Source: a virus
DNA length: 10,345 bases
Strand: one strand, 5' to 3'
Virus genome (UHGV): UHGV-0795596
A program made the translations under genes and the position numbers. A model generated the notes under the pieces. It saw nothing but the letters and a program-made list of their open reading frames with translations. It ran no database searches and was not told the origin of the DNA. Position 1 is the first letter of the stretch; every line of letters starts with the position of its first letter. Below are positions 1 through 7,170 of this stretch, piece by piece.

Positions 1-31
1 CCCCCACACCATTTACCTAAAGGAGCATTAA

Positions 32-547
32 ATGTCAGTAAATATTAACATGAATCTTTATACTAAACGTGAACGTCAGATTCTGGCGAATCAACCTGGT
101 GTTACGACCATCGACGGTAAACCTATTGACCGTTTAAAAGTTATCGTTGCGCGAAATTGCCATGAACACGATTGGGATATCACCTACTTCCGTTGTTGTT
201 CGGTCGCAAATGCGCTTACTCAACTCTCTAACTACCACTCAGGGCCGCTATTAAAAGACTGGGTTTGGTTAGTGCCAAGAACACCCTCAGCAATTGAGTA
301 TCCCACTGGGCTAGTTTATATTCGCCCCGTTGCTTACCCAGAGCGTCTGAAAGAGTATCTTGAAGTTATCTGGAACCGTCCTCGTAAAGAGCTGGTGACG
401 ATTATTAATTTACTGCAGCAGATCGAAATCCCCGGCGTTTCGAATTTGAAACTCACGTCTCGCGATATTAACCAGGCTTACTGGGAACTGGAGTGGACAG
501 AACCGAAATTCGAAAACACTAACCGTATTTTCTTGCACCGGGGGTAA
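32..547 (+). CDS. hypothetical protein (171 aa), no recognisable domain
   Basis: Intact ORF; ATG at 32 preceded by SD AAGGAG at about 6 nt; stop TAA 545-547 lies 2 nt before the next start. Leader 'tttacctaaaggag.attaaa' recurs almost identically upstream of the CDS at 5149. Confidence 0.7.
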   Translation: MSVNINMNLYTKRERQILANQPGVTTIDGKPIDRLKVIVARNCHEHDWDITYFRCCSVANALTQLSNYHSGPLLKDWVWLVPRTPSAIEYPTGLVYIRPVAYPERLKEYLEVIWNRPRKELVTIINLLQQIEIPGVSNLKLTSRDINQAYWELEWTEPKFENTNRIFLHRG

Positions 548-549
548 AA

Positions 550-831
550 ATGTTAGATTGGTTGTTGGGTTTAATTAACTCACGTCAACAGGAGCTTTAT
601 AAAGAAAACACGCGATTACGGCAGGAGCTTAGTAACAATCGTCAAACCAAACGACAATTAATTCGGATGGTAAAACAACAGGCGCGTTGTATACGTGATA
701 TCGATTATCAGTATCACCGTCTGAATACCTTAGACCCAACAACAAAAGCCCTCGGTGGGACAATCGGACACGCACGGAAAGTCAGTCACGATGCGTTAGT
801 TCGATTAGATACAATAGAAGAGAAACTGTGA
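550..831 (+). CDS. hypothetical small basic protein (93 aa), Gln/Arg-rich, probably helical/coiled-coil
   Basis: ATG 550 preceded by GGGGG (SD-like) at about 5 nt; tightly packed behind the previous CDS. Composition (LRQEL, RQLIRMVKQQ) read by eye. Confidence 0.6.
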   Translation: MLDWLLGLINSRQQELYKENTRLRQELSNNRQTKRQLIRMVKQQARCIRDIDYQYHRLNTLDPTTKALGGTIGHARKVSHDALVRLDTIEEKL

Positions 832-836
832 TTAGC

Positions 837-861
837 TCTCCCTCGGGAACACCGAGGGAGA
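837..861. other. GC-rich hairpin (10-bp stem TCTCCCTCGG / CCGAGGGAGA, 5-nt loop) with no U-tract, between two CDSs
   Basis: Perfect inverted repeat read directly from sequence, followed by 'taaggtgatttac' and the next start. It lacks a T-run, so it is not a canonical intrinsic terminator; it may be an RNA processing or attenuation element. Confidence 0.4.
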
Positions 862-874
862 TAAGGTGATTTAC

Positions 875-1264
875 ATGATACGTTTAGTTTACTTAAAAAG
901 GCGTTTGTCATTAAAAGTCCAACTGTTTGTTAACGAGAAAGTTAAAAACTGGCTGTGCGGTAAAAGGGTACAATATGTCGTTAAAGAAGGCGACTGGTAT
1001 ACGGAGGTTGTGACTTCCCCTAACGGTGAACTTATAAACGTTACTATTCGTGACGTTATGGTTAAGGTTGGTAGGGGTGGCGGTCGGTTGTTTGAATCGG
1101 AAACTATAAGAGTCGCTGCTAAACAATTGAAAGATGGTCGAGTTTTATTCAATGTTACCGCCCAGAAATACTACGACAATTTATTCGAGTGTCAACGAGC
1201 AATGGACAGAATGACCCGTGAGATGCGAAGAATGCACATTACGGAGATCACAATAGGAGTTTAA
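875..1264 (+). CDS. hypothetical protein (129 aa)
   Basis: ORF in the track opens at GTG 866, but ATG 875 has SD TAAGGTG (862-868) at about 6 nt. Stop TAA 1262-1264 overlaps the next start (TAATG). Confidence 0.65.
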   Translation: MIRLVYLKRRLSLKVQLFVNEKVKNWLCGKRVQYVVKEGDWYTEVVTSPNGELINVTIRDVMVKVGRGGGRLFESETIRVAAKQLKDGRVLFNVTAQKYYDNLFECQRAMDRMTREMRRMHITEITIGV

Positions 1265-1575
1265 TGATGGAAAATAAAATCGCGAACACATCGGTACCTG
1301 AGAACATTGTCAATTATATTCTCAGAGGCGGGTTATTAGAAGACAACAAAGAAACGTGCGATAAACTCGTTTCTCAACTACTGCCTATTCGTTCAGAATA
1401 CTGCGAAATCGTTATCTTAGGTTCCGAGTATTGTGTACGCTCTTACTGCCGACGTTTCGAAGCCTTACGCGTACCTCGTACGTTAGGTGGTGTGATCTTA
1501 TTAATCTCATCTTTTCAAGATGCCCATGTGCGTGTGGCGACCTGGATTGCCAGAGGAGGTGACAGTGGTTTTTAA
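1264..1575 (+). CDS. hypothetical Cys-rich protein (103 aa)
   Basis: ATG 1264 overlaps the upstream stop (translational coupling). Several Cys residues (CDK..., EYCEIV, EYCVRSYC) could bind metal. Confidence 0.6.
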   Translation: MMENKIANTSVPENIVNYILRGGLLEDNKETCDKLVSQLLPIRSEYCEIVILGSEYCVRSYCRRFEALRVPRTLGGVILLISSFQDAHVRVATWIARGGDSGF

Positions 1576-1861
1576 ACTAATAGAATTCTTTAAACGTAAG
1601 AAATGCGATGTCTGCGAGATCAGTGAAAAACTTATTGCTACGCAAGATGAACTGATCAAGGTACAGTCGAAATCAATCTCCGAACAATGGGAACTTTATT
1701 ACAAGCTCTGTGCAATATCTGAATTGATCTGCGAAGGTAAGCTATCTAAAGAGGGTGGCCTGGCACTGCTTGAGAAAATCTCAAAAGGTTGTCGTGCCGA
1801 GGTTGAAGGCTATAAAAGTAATTTAGTACGTGAATTCTGGGAGATTATCAATGAATCGTGA
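1565..1861 (+). CDS. hypothetical protein (about 98 aa; 113 aa if the ATG at 1520 is used)
   Basis: Strong SD GAGGAGG (1552-1558) sits 6 nt before GTG 1565 and inside the preceding CDS. The alternative ATG at 1520 would give a 56-nt out-of-frame overlap. Contains CDVC and CAISELIC motifs. Confidence 0.5.
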   Translation: MVFKLIEFFKRKKCDVCEISEKLIATQDELIKVQSKSISEQWELYYKLCAISELICEGKLSKEGGLALLEKISKGCRAEVEGYKSNLVREFWEIINES

Positions 1862-2132
1862 AACTATTGTATTTTGTCAAAACGGTGATGTAAAACAATA
1901 CCGGGGCAAGAAGTTAATTCGTACGTTAGATTATCGCGAAGCAAAACGTTTCGTTGAAGAGTGTGCGTGGTTAATGCATTACGAAGGGAACTATCGTGCC
2001 ATCTTAGAAGCACCGCGTTTAGAACGTGCAGTTGCGCAGATGGCAATAGGTAATCCTAAGAACTGTTACCTGGCCCGTAAGCCCAAATACCTACAGCGTG
2101 TCTCGCTAGGCAGTTTTATTGCGGGTTTTTAA
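1851..2132 (+). CDS. hypothetical protein (93 aa)
   Basis: ATG 1851 with GGGAG (1838-1842) at 8 nt; overlaps the upstream stop (TGA 1859-1861). The track ORF opens at GTG 1830. Confidence 0.6.
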   Translation: MNRETIVFCQNGDVKQYRGKKLIRTLDYREAKRFVEECAWLMHYEGNYRAILEAPRLERAVAQMAIGNPKNCYLARKPKYLQRVSLGSFIAGF

Positions 2133-2161
2133 TAAAAATATTTTCAGATATATATTACCTA

Positions 2162-2185
2162 GGTGAGAGTTCAGTTACTCTCACT
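2162..2185. other. hairpin (GTGAGAGT / ACTCTCAC, 6-nt loop) in an AT-rich intergenic region; possible operator or RNA structure
   Basis: Inverted repeat read from sequence, downstream of AT-rich 'aataaaaatattttcagatatatatt' and 16 nt upstream of SD AGGAG. No adjacent U-tract. Confidence 0.3.
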
Positions 2186-2213
2186 TAACGAAACCATTTT
2201 AGGAGAATATACC

Positions 2214-2708
2214 ATGAACTTCACTAGACTTGATTACACTAACGAATTAGTCGACAAAGAAAAATACAAATTCACGATTGACTTGGGTTACGGGCTGTGG
2301 GACGTAGAAAAAGATATTCTACACAAAGAATTCCGTGAGCAATTCGGTGCATTATTCTGCGCAGGATTCCGTAGAAATTCTATTGATATCGGTTATGGTG
2401 CAACACCGTATAGCGACGAAGAAATGTTTAAGCTGATAACACAGATTATCGGAACTCGTGTGGCTAAACGTTTTAATTATTCTAACGAACTTGTTTCGAA
2501 AGAACATTACAAGTTCACTGTTAGACTACCTGTTCCTCTCTTTAAAGAAGATAAGAATAGACTCTATAAAGCCCTACAAACCGAATTCGGTAAAACGCTC
2601 AAAGTAGGGTTCCGCAGTCGTAGTATCGATATCGGAATTAGCGTAGACGTGTGCAGTGACGATGACCTTTACGAATTAGTTTCGGAAGTTATCGGAAAAC
2701 ACCTCTAA
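2214..2708 (+). CDS. hypothetical protein (164 aa) built from two tandem copies of a roughly 75-aa domain
   Basis: ATG 2214 with SD AGGAG (2201-2205) at 8 nt. Residues about 8-82 and 89-163 align colinearly (Y[TS]NELV.KE.YKFT...GFR.RSIDIG...LV..VIG). Confidence 0.7.
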   Translation: MNFTRLDYTNELVDKEKYKFTIDLGYGLWDVEKDILHKEFREQFGALFCAGFRRNSIDIGYGATPYSDEEMFKLITQIIGTRVAKRFNYSNELVSKEHYKFTVRLPVPLFKEDKNRLYKALQTEFGKTLKVGFRSRSIDIGISVDVCSDDDLYELVSEVIGKHL

Positions 2709-2752
2709 GCGTAAATTAACGCTTCAGCTTGTAAAACCAAAAGGAAAATAAA

Positions 2753-3529
2753 ATGAAAACTATCGAGTTTAAGAATAGTAGTCTTTGGGCATACACGCAC
2801 ATCATTACGAGTTTCCTGAAAAACGTTACTCCACATCTTGCTTATCAGATTTATGGGAATGAGCTCACTATCGGTGGTTTTAACGAGGATGAATTAAAAC
2901 GAGCAAAAGAGTTCATTGACGATGTTCTTCGTGGTGAAGCAACGTGTTTAGTTGCATGTTACGTTGCTAAAGACAAAGGAAGATTAAACGTCATGGCAAT
3001 TTTCAGATCGTTCTCCGAAAAAGTATACGAAGTTGAGAAGATTAGTCATACCGTTTATATTGTTTACTTTAAACGTTCGGCGGAGAAAAACGCTGATAAA
3101 ATTCTGGAGTATTTCGACTGTAACCCGGGGGAAGGTATGGATGTCTATACGCTCGGTTACGATGGAGTACCTCACCGGAATAACCTTATTCGCATTGACG
3201 AACCTTTTTCAGTCAATGACGATTCCACGCCTATAGAGATGGTTCTGGTACACAAAGATCGTTTCGCGCATTACGATTCTGATACTATTCAACGTGTCCT
3301 GAACAACGTTAATATTCAGTTTTCACAAACCGAGCACTTAGTACGTGCATGTCTTAGGTCTAATGGCACAACATCATTTTTCTTCGAACGTCAAACCGTT
3401 TGGCAAACTTATCTGGCTCTGATGGAAGAACTTGATAGGATCGAGCCAGTTCAGGTTGGTGCAAATTGCTTATATTGGATAAAAACAAAAGGGTTCATGA
3501 ATGAAAACGCTCAATTCAGATTTGCGTGA
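2753..3529 (+). CDS. hypothetical protein (258 aa)
   Basis: ATG 2753 with SD AAGGA about 8 nt upstream. Leader 'accaaaaggaaaa' is shared with the CDS at 3951. The 3' end overlaps the next CDS by 29 nt. Confidence 0.7.
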   Translation: MKTIEFKNSSLWAYTHIITSFLKNVTPHLAYQIYGNELTIGGFNEDELKRAKEFIDDVLRGEATCLVACYVAKDKGRLNVMAIFRSFSEKVYEVEKISHTVYIVYFKRSAEKNADKILEYFDCNPGEGMDVYTLGYDGVPHRNNLIRIDEPFSVNDDSTPIEMVLVHKDRFAHYDSDTIQRVLNNVNIQFSQTEHLVRACLRSNGTTSFFFERQTVWQTYLALMEELDRIEPVQVGANCLYWIKTKGFMNENAQFRFA

Positions 3530-3929
3530 TTACATCCGTCAGTACCCAGCCAGTATTCCTGTACTGGCTTCGCTTACGCTTTCAGGTACTGACGTTAACA
3601 TCTTAACGGTGGAACAGTTCCACGAGATAATAAAAACCGCTTATAACTCCATTACCGCAACGTCAGTACGTAAACGTTGCGATTATCCCGACGGGGATTT
3701 CGGCACCGAGATGTTTACAGATTATGCGGTTGCATTTCTGTTAGGGCGACACTGCCTCGATAAACTTAACACTGCTGTAGAAGGGGAAACAGTGACGGAA
3801 ATAGTCAACGCTTGGCAGCAACGTATTCTGAGCGACGCTTACTGCCGACAGGCGTTAAAACGAATGTCCACAACGGCGATTACAAACGACCAGCGTGCTT
3901 TAGAGTTCTTTAAGCACAATTACAGCTAA
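3501..3929 (+). CDS. hypothetical protein (142 aa), paralog of the CDS at 5149-5580
   Basis: ATG 3501 with AAGGG upstream. N-terminal 'DLRDYIRQYPASIPVLA ... EQFHEII.T.Y' aligns with 'DIRNYIRNNPIALGVLA ... EEYQEIVNTNY' in the 5149 CDS. Confidence 0.7.
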   Translation: MKTLNSDLRDYIRQYPASIPVLASLTLSGTDVNILTVEQFHEIIKTAYNSITATSVRKRCDYPDGDFGTEMFTDYAVAFLLGRHCLDKLNTAVEGETVTEIVNAWQQRILSDAYCRQALKRMSTTAITNDQRALEFFKHNYS

Positions 3930-3950
3930 TTTACCAAAAGGAAAAATGAC

Positions 3951-5072
3951 ATGTTTAATATCGAAATTACTCCGCTCGTTAAAACTGAAATCCGTCCGGT
4001 TCCTGAAGCACAGTTACTTGATCAACTTTATCGCATATTCCTGGATAAAGGTGTACATTTCCGTGTAGAGCAGGTCAACGATGAAAGCATCGTGTTCTAC
4101 TGGACTCACTGCAACGATTATCTTTGCGACACTATTGCGGTGGAAATCGGTGAGTTACTCAACCCGGTAGCCGAGAACGCCAAGGTAAAAGCGGCCGAGA
4201 CAGAGCAACCGAAAGTCGAAGAGCAGCAGTGGTCTATAAACAATGAAGACTCGACATACGTAAATCAATATGATGTTGAAACGATCGAGAAAATTAAAGA
4301 GGCATTAAATATCCTCTATCCCGATGCCTTATACATTAGTCAAAAATACGACATGTTAGCTTTCAGGATGAAGGAATTCGATCCTAAGATCATGAAAGCT
4401 ATTCGCATCGTCGTTGCTCTGATCGTCAAAGACGCCGTTCGACTTATTTCGGTTCGTGATATCGGAAAAGAAGACGCAGATGCAGTCATGCGTAGTGCTG
4501 TTCACGAATACAAAGAGAAAATTCGTGGGTCTAATTATGTCGACGGCACTCTAACTGTGCTTGTTGATAATGATCCTGACGTTATTAAATGGTTCGAAGA
4601 ACCGTATTCCTTTACTTACACTGGTCCAGAAGCCGAAGCGATTAATGATACCTTGACAGCTTTCTATCCTACCAAAGTAGAGACTAAACTCGAGGGCGAA
4701 AAACTCACCATTAAATGGAAATGGTGGGACGCTGCTCTTGACGAAGAAATTAGCAACCTCATTAATGAGATTGTTGACAATCGTCTACGTCTTCTGACAA
4801 TCACTACTATTGGGAAAGAAGATGCCGATACGTTTATGCGTGATATCGCTCGTTGGTTTCCTGAGAAAGTCCGTCAGTGGACTTACACAGACAATACACT
4901 TACCATTCTACTCAACTATGAACCCGGTATTATCGGAAAGTTAAAAACTCATCTGCGTGACTTGTGGTCAGTTCGTTTTCTTAAAAATAATGAGCATTCG
5001 TTCGATGCTCTCTTTAGAGAAATATCTTCTGGCGCAGGCTGCGATTGCCCTGCTTGTCAAAAATTTCGTTAA
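3951..5072 (+). CDS. hypothetical acidic protein (373 aa) with an internal duplicated domain and terminal Cys clusters
   Basis: ATG 3951 with AAGGA upstream. Repeats at roughly aa 150-217 and 266-333 share '...IGKEDAD..MR...EK.R..Y.D.TLT.L...P..I'. Cys motifs are C-x4-C (aa 54-59) and C-x-C-x2-C at the C-terminus (GCDCPAC). Followed by an intrinsic terminator. Confidence 0.75.
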   Translation: MFNIEITPLVKTEIRPVPEAQLLDQLYRIFLDKGVHFRVEQVNDESIVFYWTHCNDYLCDTIAVEIGELLNPVAENAKVKAAETEQPKVEEQQWSINNEDSTYVNQYDVETIEKIKEALNILYPDALYISQKYDMLAFRMKEFDPKIMKAIRIVVALIVKDAVRLISVRDIGKEDADAVMRSAVHEYKEKIRGSNYVDGTLTVLVDNDPDVIKWFEEPYSFTYTGPEAEAINDTLTAFYPTKVETKLEGEKLTIKWKWWDAALDEEISNLINEIVDNRLRLLTITTIGKEDADTFMRDIARWFPEKVRQWTYTDNTLTILLNYEPGIIGKLKTHLRDLWSVRFLKNNEHSFDALFREISSGAGCDCPACQKFR

Positions 5073-5096
5073 TTGATGACTTTCTAAATTCATCTA

Positions 5097-5130
5097 AGGG
5101 GTGACAATTCACCCCTCTATTATTGTTTTT
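5097..5130 (+). terminator. rho-independent terminator (stem AGGGGTGA / TCACCCCT, loop CAAT, then T-rich tail)
   Basis: Perfect 8-bp GC-rich hairpin followed by 'ctattattgttttt', 25 nt after the stop of the 373-aa CDS. Confidence 0.7.
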
Positions 5131-5148
5131 ACCTAAAGGAGTATTAAA

Positions 5149-5580
5149 ATGTTTTTCGTATTAAAAGATGATATCCGTAACTACATTCGTAACAACCCTA
5201 TTGCTCTGGGCGTTTTAGCAGGTTTCTGTCGTCCAAATACTGATTTCGATTTAGTTAAGTTAGAAGAATATCAGGAAATTGTGAATACTAACTACATGCA
5301 CATCTGTAGCTGGGGTAAACGTCCTCGCGAAGAGTACCCTGTAGGTGAGTTAGGTGACACTATGCATCGTGACCAGAATCTGATGCACGAATTCGTTGAA
5401 TACACACTGGAAAATCTTAACTATCCGCTTCTGGTCGACACTGTACCAGAAATGGTTGACGAATGGTTAAGTCGTGTTTACAACGATCCTACTGCCAGCA
5501 CTCTACTGAGTCAGATGTCGCAAACTTCTCGTGATATCGACACCCGGACCCTGATGTACTTAGCACACAACGTTCGTTAA
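5149..5580 (+). CDS. hypothetical protein (143 aa), paralog of the CDS at 3501-3929
   Basis: ATG 5149 with SD AAGGAG at 8 nt. Paralogy seen by eye in the N-terminal half. Leader is nearly identical to that of the CDS at 32. Confidence 0.7.
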   Translation: MFFVLKDDIRNYIRNNPIALGVLAGFCRPNTDFDLVKLEEYQEIVNTNYMHICSWGKRPREEYPVGELGDTMHRDQNLMHEFVEYTLENLNYPLLVDTVPEMVDEWLSRVYNDPTASTLLSQMSQTSRDIDTRTLMYLAHNVR

Positions 5581-5587
5581 TCTCACT

Positions 5588-5640
5588 CCGCTATAGGCTT
5601 CGGTCTATAGCGGAATTAATTTTCTTTCCCTTTTCTTTTT
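5588..5640 (+). terminator. rho-independent terminator (stem CCGCTATAG / CTATAGCGG, 8-nt loop, long T/C-rich tail)
   Basis: Perfect 9-bp hairpin at 5588-5613 followed by 'aattaattttctttcccttttctttttt'. Marks the end of the upstream block of small genes. Confidence 0.7.
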
Positions 5641-5746
5641 TGTTATTTTGACACTACTTTGCTTACTCTCTACTCGACTATTCCTATGCTGGCTGAGGGA
5701 TGTAAAACAACCTCTTAAACCTTTTTACTTATTGTGAGTTAACGCG

Positions 5747-6595
5747 ATGTCTCTTACGTCAAAACAGAAACTGCTAAAACTCATCAACACTGAAAACAAT
5801 ATTGTTCCGCCATTGACCTTCAGTGATGTTGATATCGGCGAACCTACTGGTACTGGGGTTGATACCCAGGTGGTTCTGACTTCTAAACTCAAAGGCGATG
5901 AGTCTACTACTTTAACTGTGACTTATCATCGTCGTAATTTGCCCGAATACCTAACAGGTGAGTTGGTATTCGGTAACGACGGTGTTGTAACCGCTGCAGA
6001 TTTGCTTAATGCAATCAACGCAAAATACGATTTAAATATTCTGCCGTCGGATATCATTGATGCGAAAGTTGAAGGTGAAACCCATCAGCTTACCGCTAAC
6101 GAGAAATCCTACGAATGGTGTGGCGAGGTGACACTCACGCTACGCGACCCTATTGATCTGGCTAAATTGTTACCTGTTACTCAATTAGAAAACCTGGTAG
6201 AGTATCCGTCCACTAAGAAAGGTAACGCTGCAGTTTATTCTTACCCAATTGACTTCACCGCAGAAAAAGATTACCTCGATCCGATTACCATTAACGACAC
6301 CGTCGACCTGGCTGAGTTAGCTACTAAGCTGGATAACGTCGTTGACGAGAAATGGGTAAGTGTACCTAAGAACGCTGCTAATAACCTGTACGGTGCTAAG
6401 GTTATCTACGATGGTCCTACCGCAGGTTTCGAAGGCGCAAATACGAAGTTCACACGTGTGTTGGTGCTGACGCTCAGCCCGTTGTGTTCTAACCTGACCG
6501 GTAATCTGTTAATCCATTTTAACGGTACCGATCGTCCAAAGTCGAAGATTGAATTAGCTAAAACTAATTCGGTCTTACCGGGATTCTTAGATTAA
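5747..6595 (+). CDS. hypothetical protein (282 aa), member of a three-gene paralog family
   Basis: ATG 5747 with only a weak SD-like GAG upstream. Its N-terminal roughly 110 aa align with the CDS at 6609 (LI...N...L...V.LG.P...G..T....S.K...T..Y.R...YL...TAADLL..IN..Y.L). Confidence 0.65.
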   Translation: MSLTSKQKLLKLINTENNIVPPLTFSDVDIGEPTGTGVDTQVVLTSKLKGDESTTLTVTYHRRNLPEYLTGELVFGNDGVVTAADLLNAINAKYDLNILPSDIIDAKVEGETHQLTANEKSYEWCGEVTLTLRDPIDLAKLLPVTQLENLVEYPSTKKGNAAVYSYPIDFTAEKDYLDPITINDTVDLAELATKLDNVVDEKWVSVPKNAANNLYGAKVIYDGPTAGFEGANTKFTRVLVLTLSPLCSNLTGNLLIHFNGTDRPKSKIELAKTNSVLPGFLD

Positions 6596-6608
6596 GAGGA
6601 TTACAGTA

Positions 6609-7106
6609 ATGACCAGTCAAGAAACTATCTTCGACCTTATTAAAAAGGCTAACCCAGACGCTGAGCTTGACACCGCCAAAGTCACGCTGGGCGATCCGGT
6701 TGTGACCACCGGTACTTACAATACCGAAATTACGGTTGCGTCAATTAAGAATCTCGGTTACACTAACGAACAAACGTTCCAGTATAACCGCATTGACGCA
6801 GGTTTATATTTCCTGAACGTATTACCGAAGCTGTTGGTAGAATCTGCAACGACTACCGCTGACTTACTGCCCGTCATTAACGAGCAGTACAGCCTAACCC
6901 TTACAGAAGACGACGTGTGGGTAGAGCAGGTCGGCGAGTTACCGTTAGACGGTAGCGCAATCGAACACGGTATTTTCTTCCGCCCTGAATGTTTAACCTG
7001 GGTAGGCGGTTTTACGGTGCGCGTTGCACGTAAAACTGCTGAAGATGCTGAACCTGCGCCAAAAGCAGCTAAAGCACGTACAACTCGTGCACGAAAATCC
7101 AAGTAA
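6609..7106 (+). CDS. hypothetical protein (165 aa), paralog of 5747-6595, with a basic Ala/Lys/Arg-rich C-terminal tail
   Basis: ATG 6609 with SD AAGAGGA at about 9 nt. The C-terminal 'RKTAEDAEPAPKAAKARTTRARKSK' looks like a nucleic-acid-binding tail. Followed by a terminator. Confidence 0.7.
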   Translation: MTSQETIFDLIKKANPDAELDTAKVTLGDPVVTTGTYNTEITVASIKNLGYTNEQTFQYNRIDAGLYFLNVLPKLLVESATTTADLLPVINEQYSLTLTEDDVWVEQVGELPLDGSAIEHGIFFRPECLTWVGGFTVRVARKTAEDAEPAPKAAKARTTRARKSK

Positions 7107-7109
7107 GAT

Positions 7110-7147
7110 TTGGGTGGGGTAAAACCCACCCAACGTTTTTCTTTTTT
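7110..7147 (+). terminator. rho-independent terminator (stem TTGGGTGGG / CCCACCCAA, loop GTAAAA, then T-tract)
   Basis: 9-bp hairpin followed by 'cgtttttctttttt', directly after the stop of the 6609 CDS. Confidence 0.75.
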
Positions 7148-7170
7148 GTGTAAAATGGGAGTTAAACAAA

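Noticed and set aside
889-1152. Minus-strand ORFs of 87 and 71 aa (889-1152 and 911-1126) inside the 875-1264 plus-strand CDS
   Set aside because: They lie fully inside a well-supported plus-strand gene, have no SD, and their products are low-complexity and Ser/Thr/Asn-rich, typical of antisense frames. Judged spurious.
1552-1576. Possible prfB-like programmed +1 frameshift joining the 1264 and 1565 reading frames (SD-like GAGGAGG upstream of 'ttt taa')
   Set aside because: The SD-like element is about 11 nt from the stop rather than the roughly 3 nt needed for that mechanism, and it is at ideal spacing for a conventional GTG start at 1565. Ordinary reinitiation is the simpler explanation.
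1864-2046. Minus-strand 60-aa ORF antisense to the 1851-2132 CDS
   Set aside because: Completely overlaps a plus-strand gene in a uniformly plus-strand block and has no initiation signals.
2984-3236. Minus-strand 63-aa ORF (2984-3175) and plus-strand alternate-frame 67-aa ORF (3033-3236) inside the 2753-3529 CDS
   Set aside because: Both are embedded in a longer ORF with good initiation context; neither has an SD or any conservation signal I can see.
5581-5746. tRNA or other small RNA gene in the long intergenic regions (5581-5746, 9037-9154, 9635-9772)
   Set aside because: No T-loop-like GTTC(G/A)A motif and no cloverleaf-compatible pairing was seen; the regions are explained by terminators and promoter-like sequence.
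7147-7170. Sigma70 promoter for the endolysin from 'tgtgtaaaat' (extended -10-like)
   Set aside because: A transcript starting from this -10 would begin at or after the SD (GGGAG 7157-7161), leaving no usable leader. More likely incidental AT-rich sequence following the terminator.
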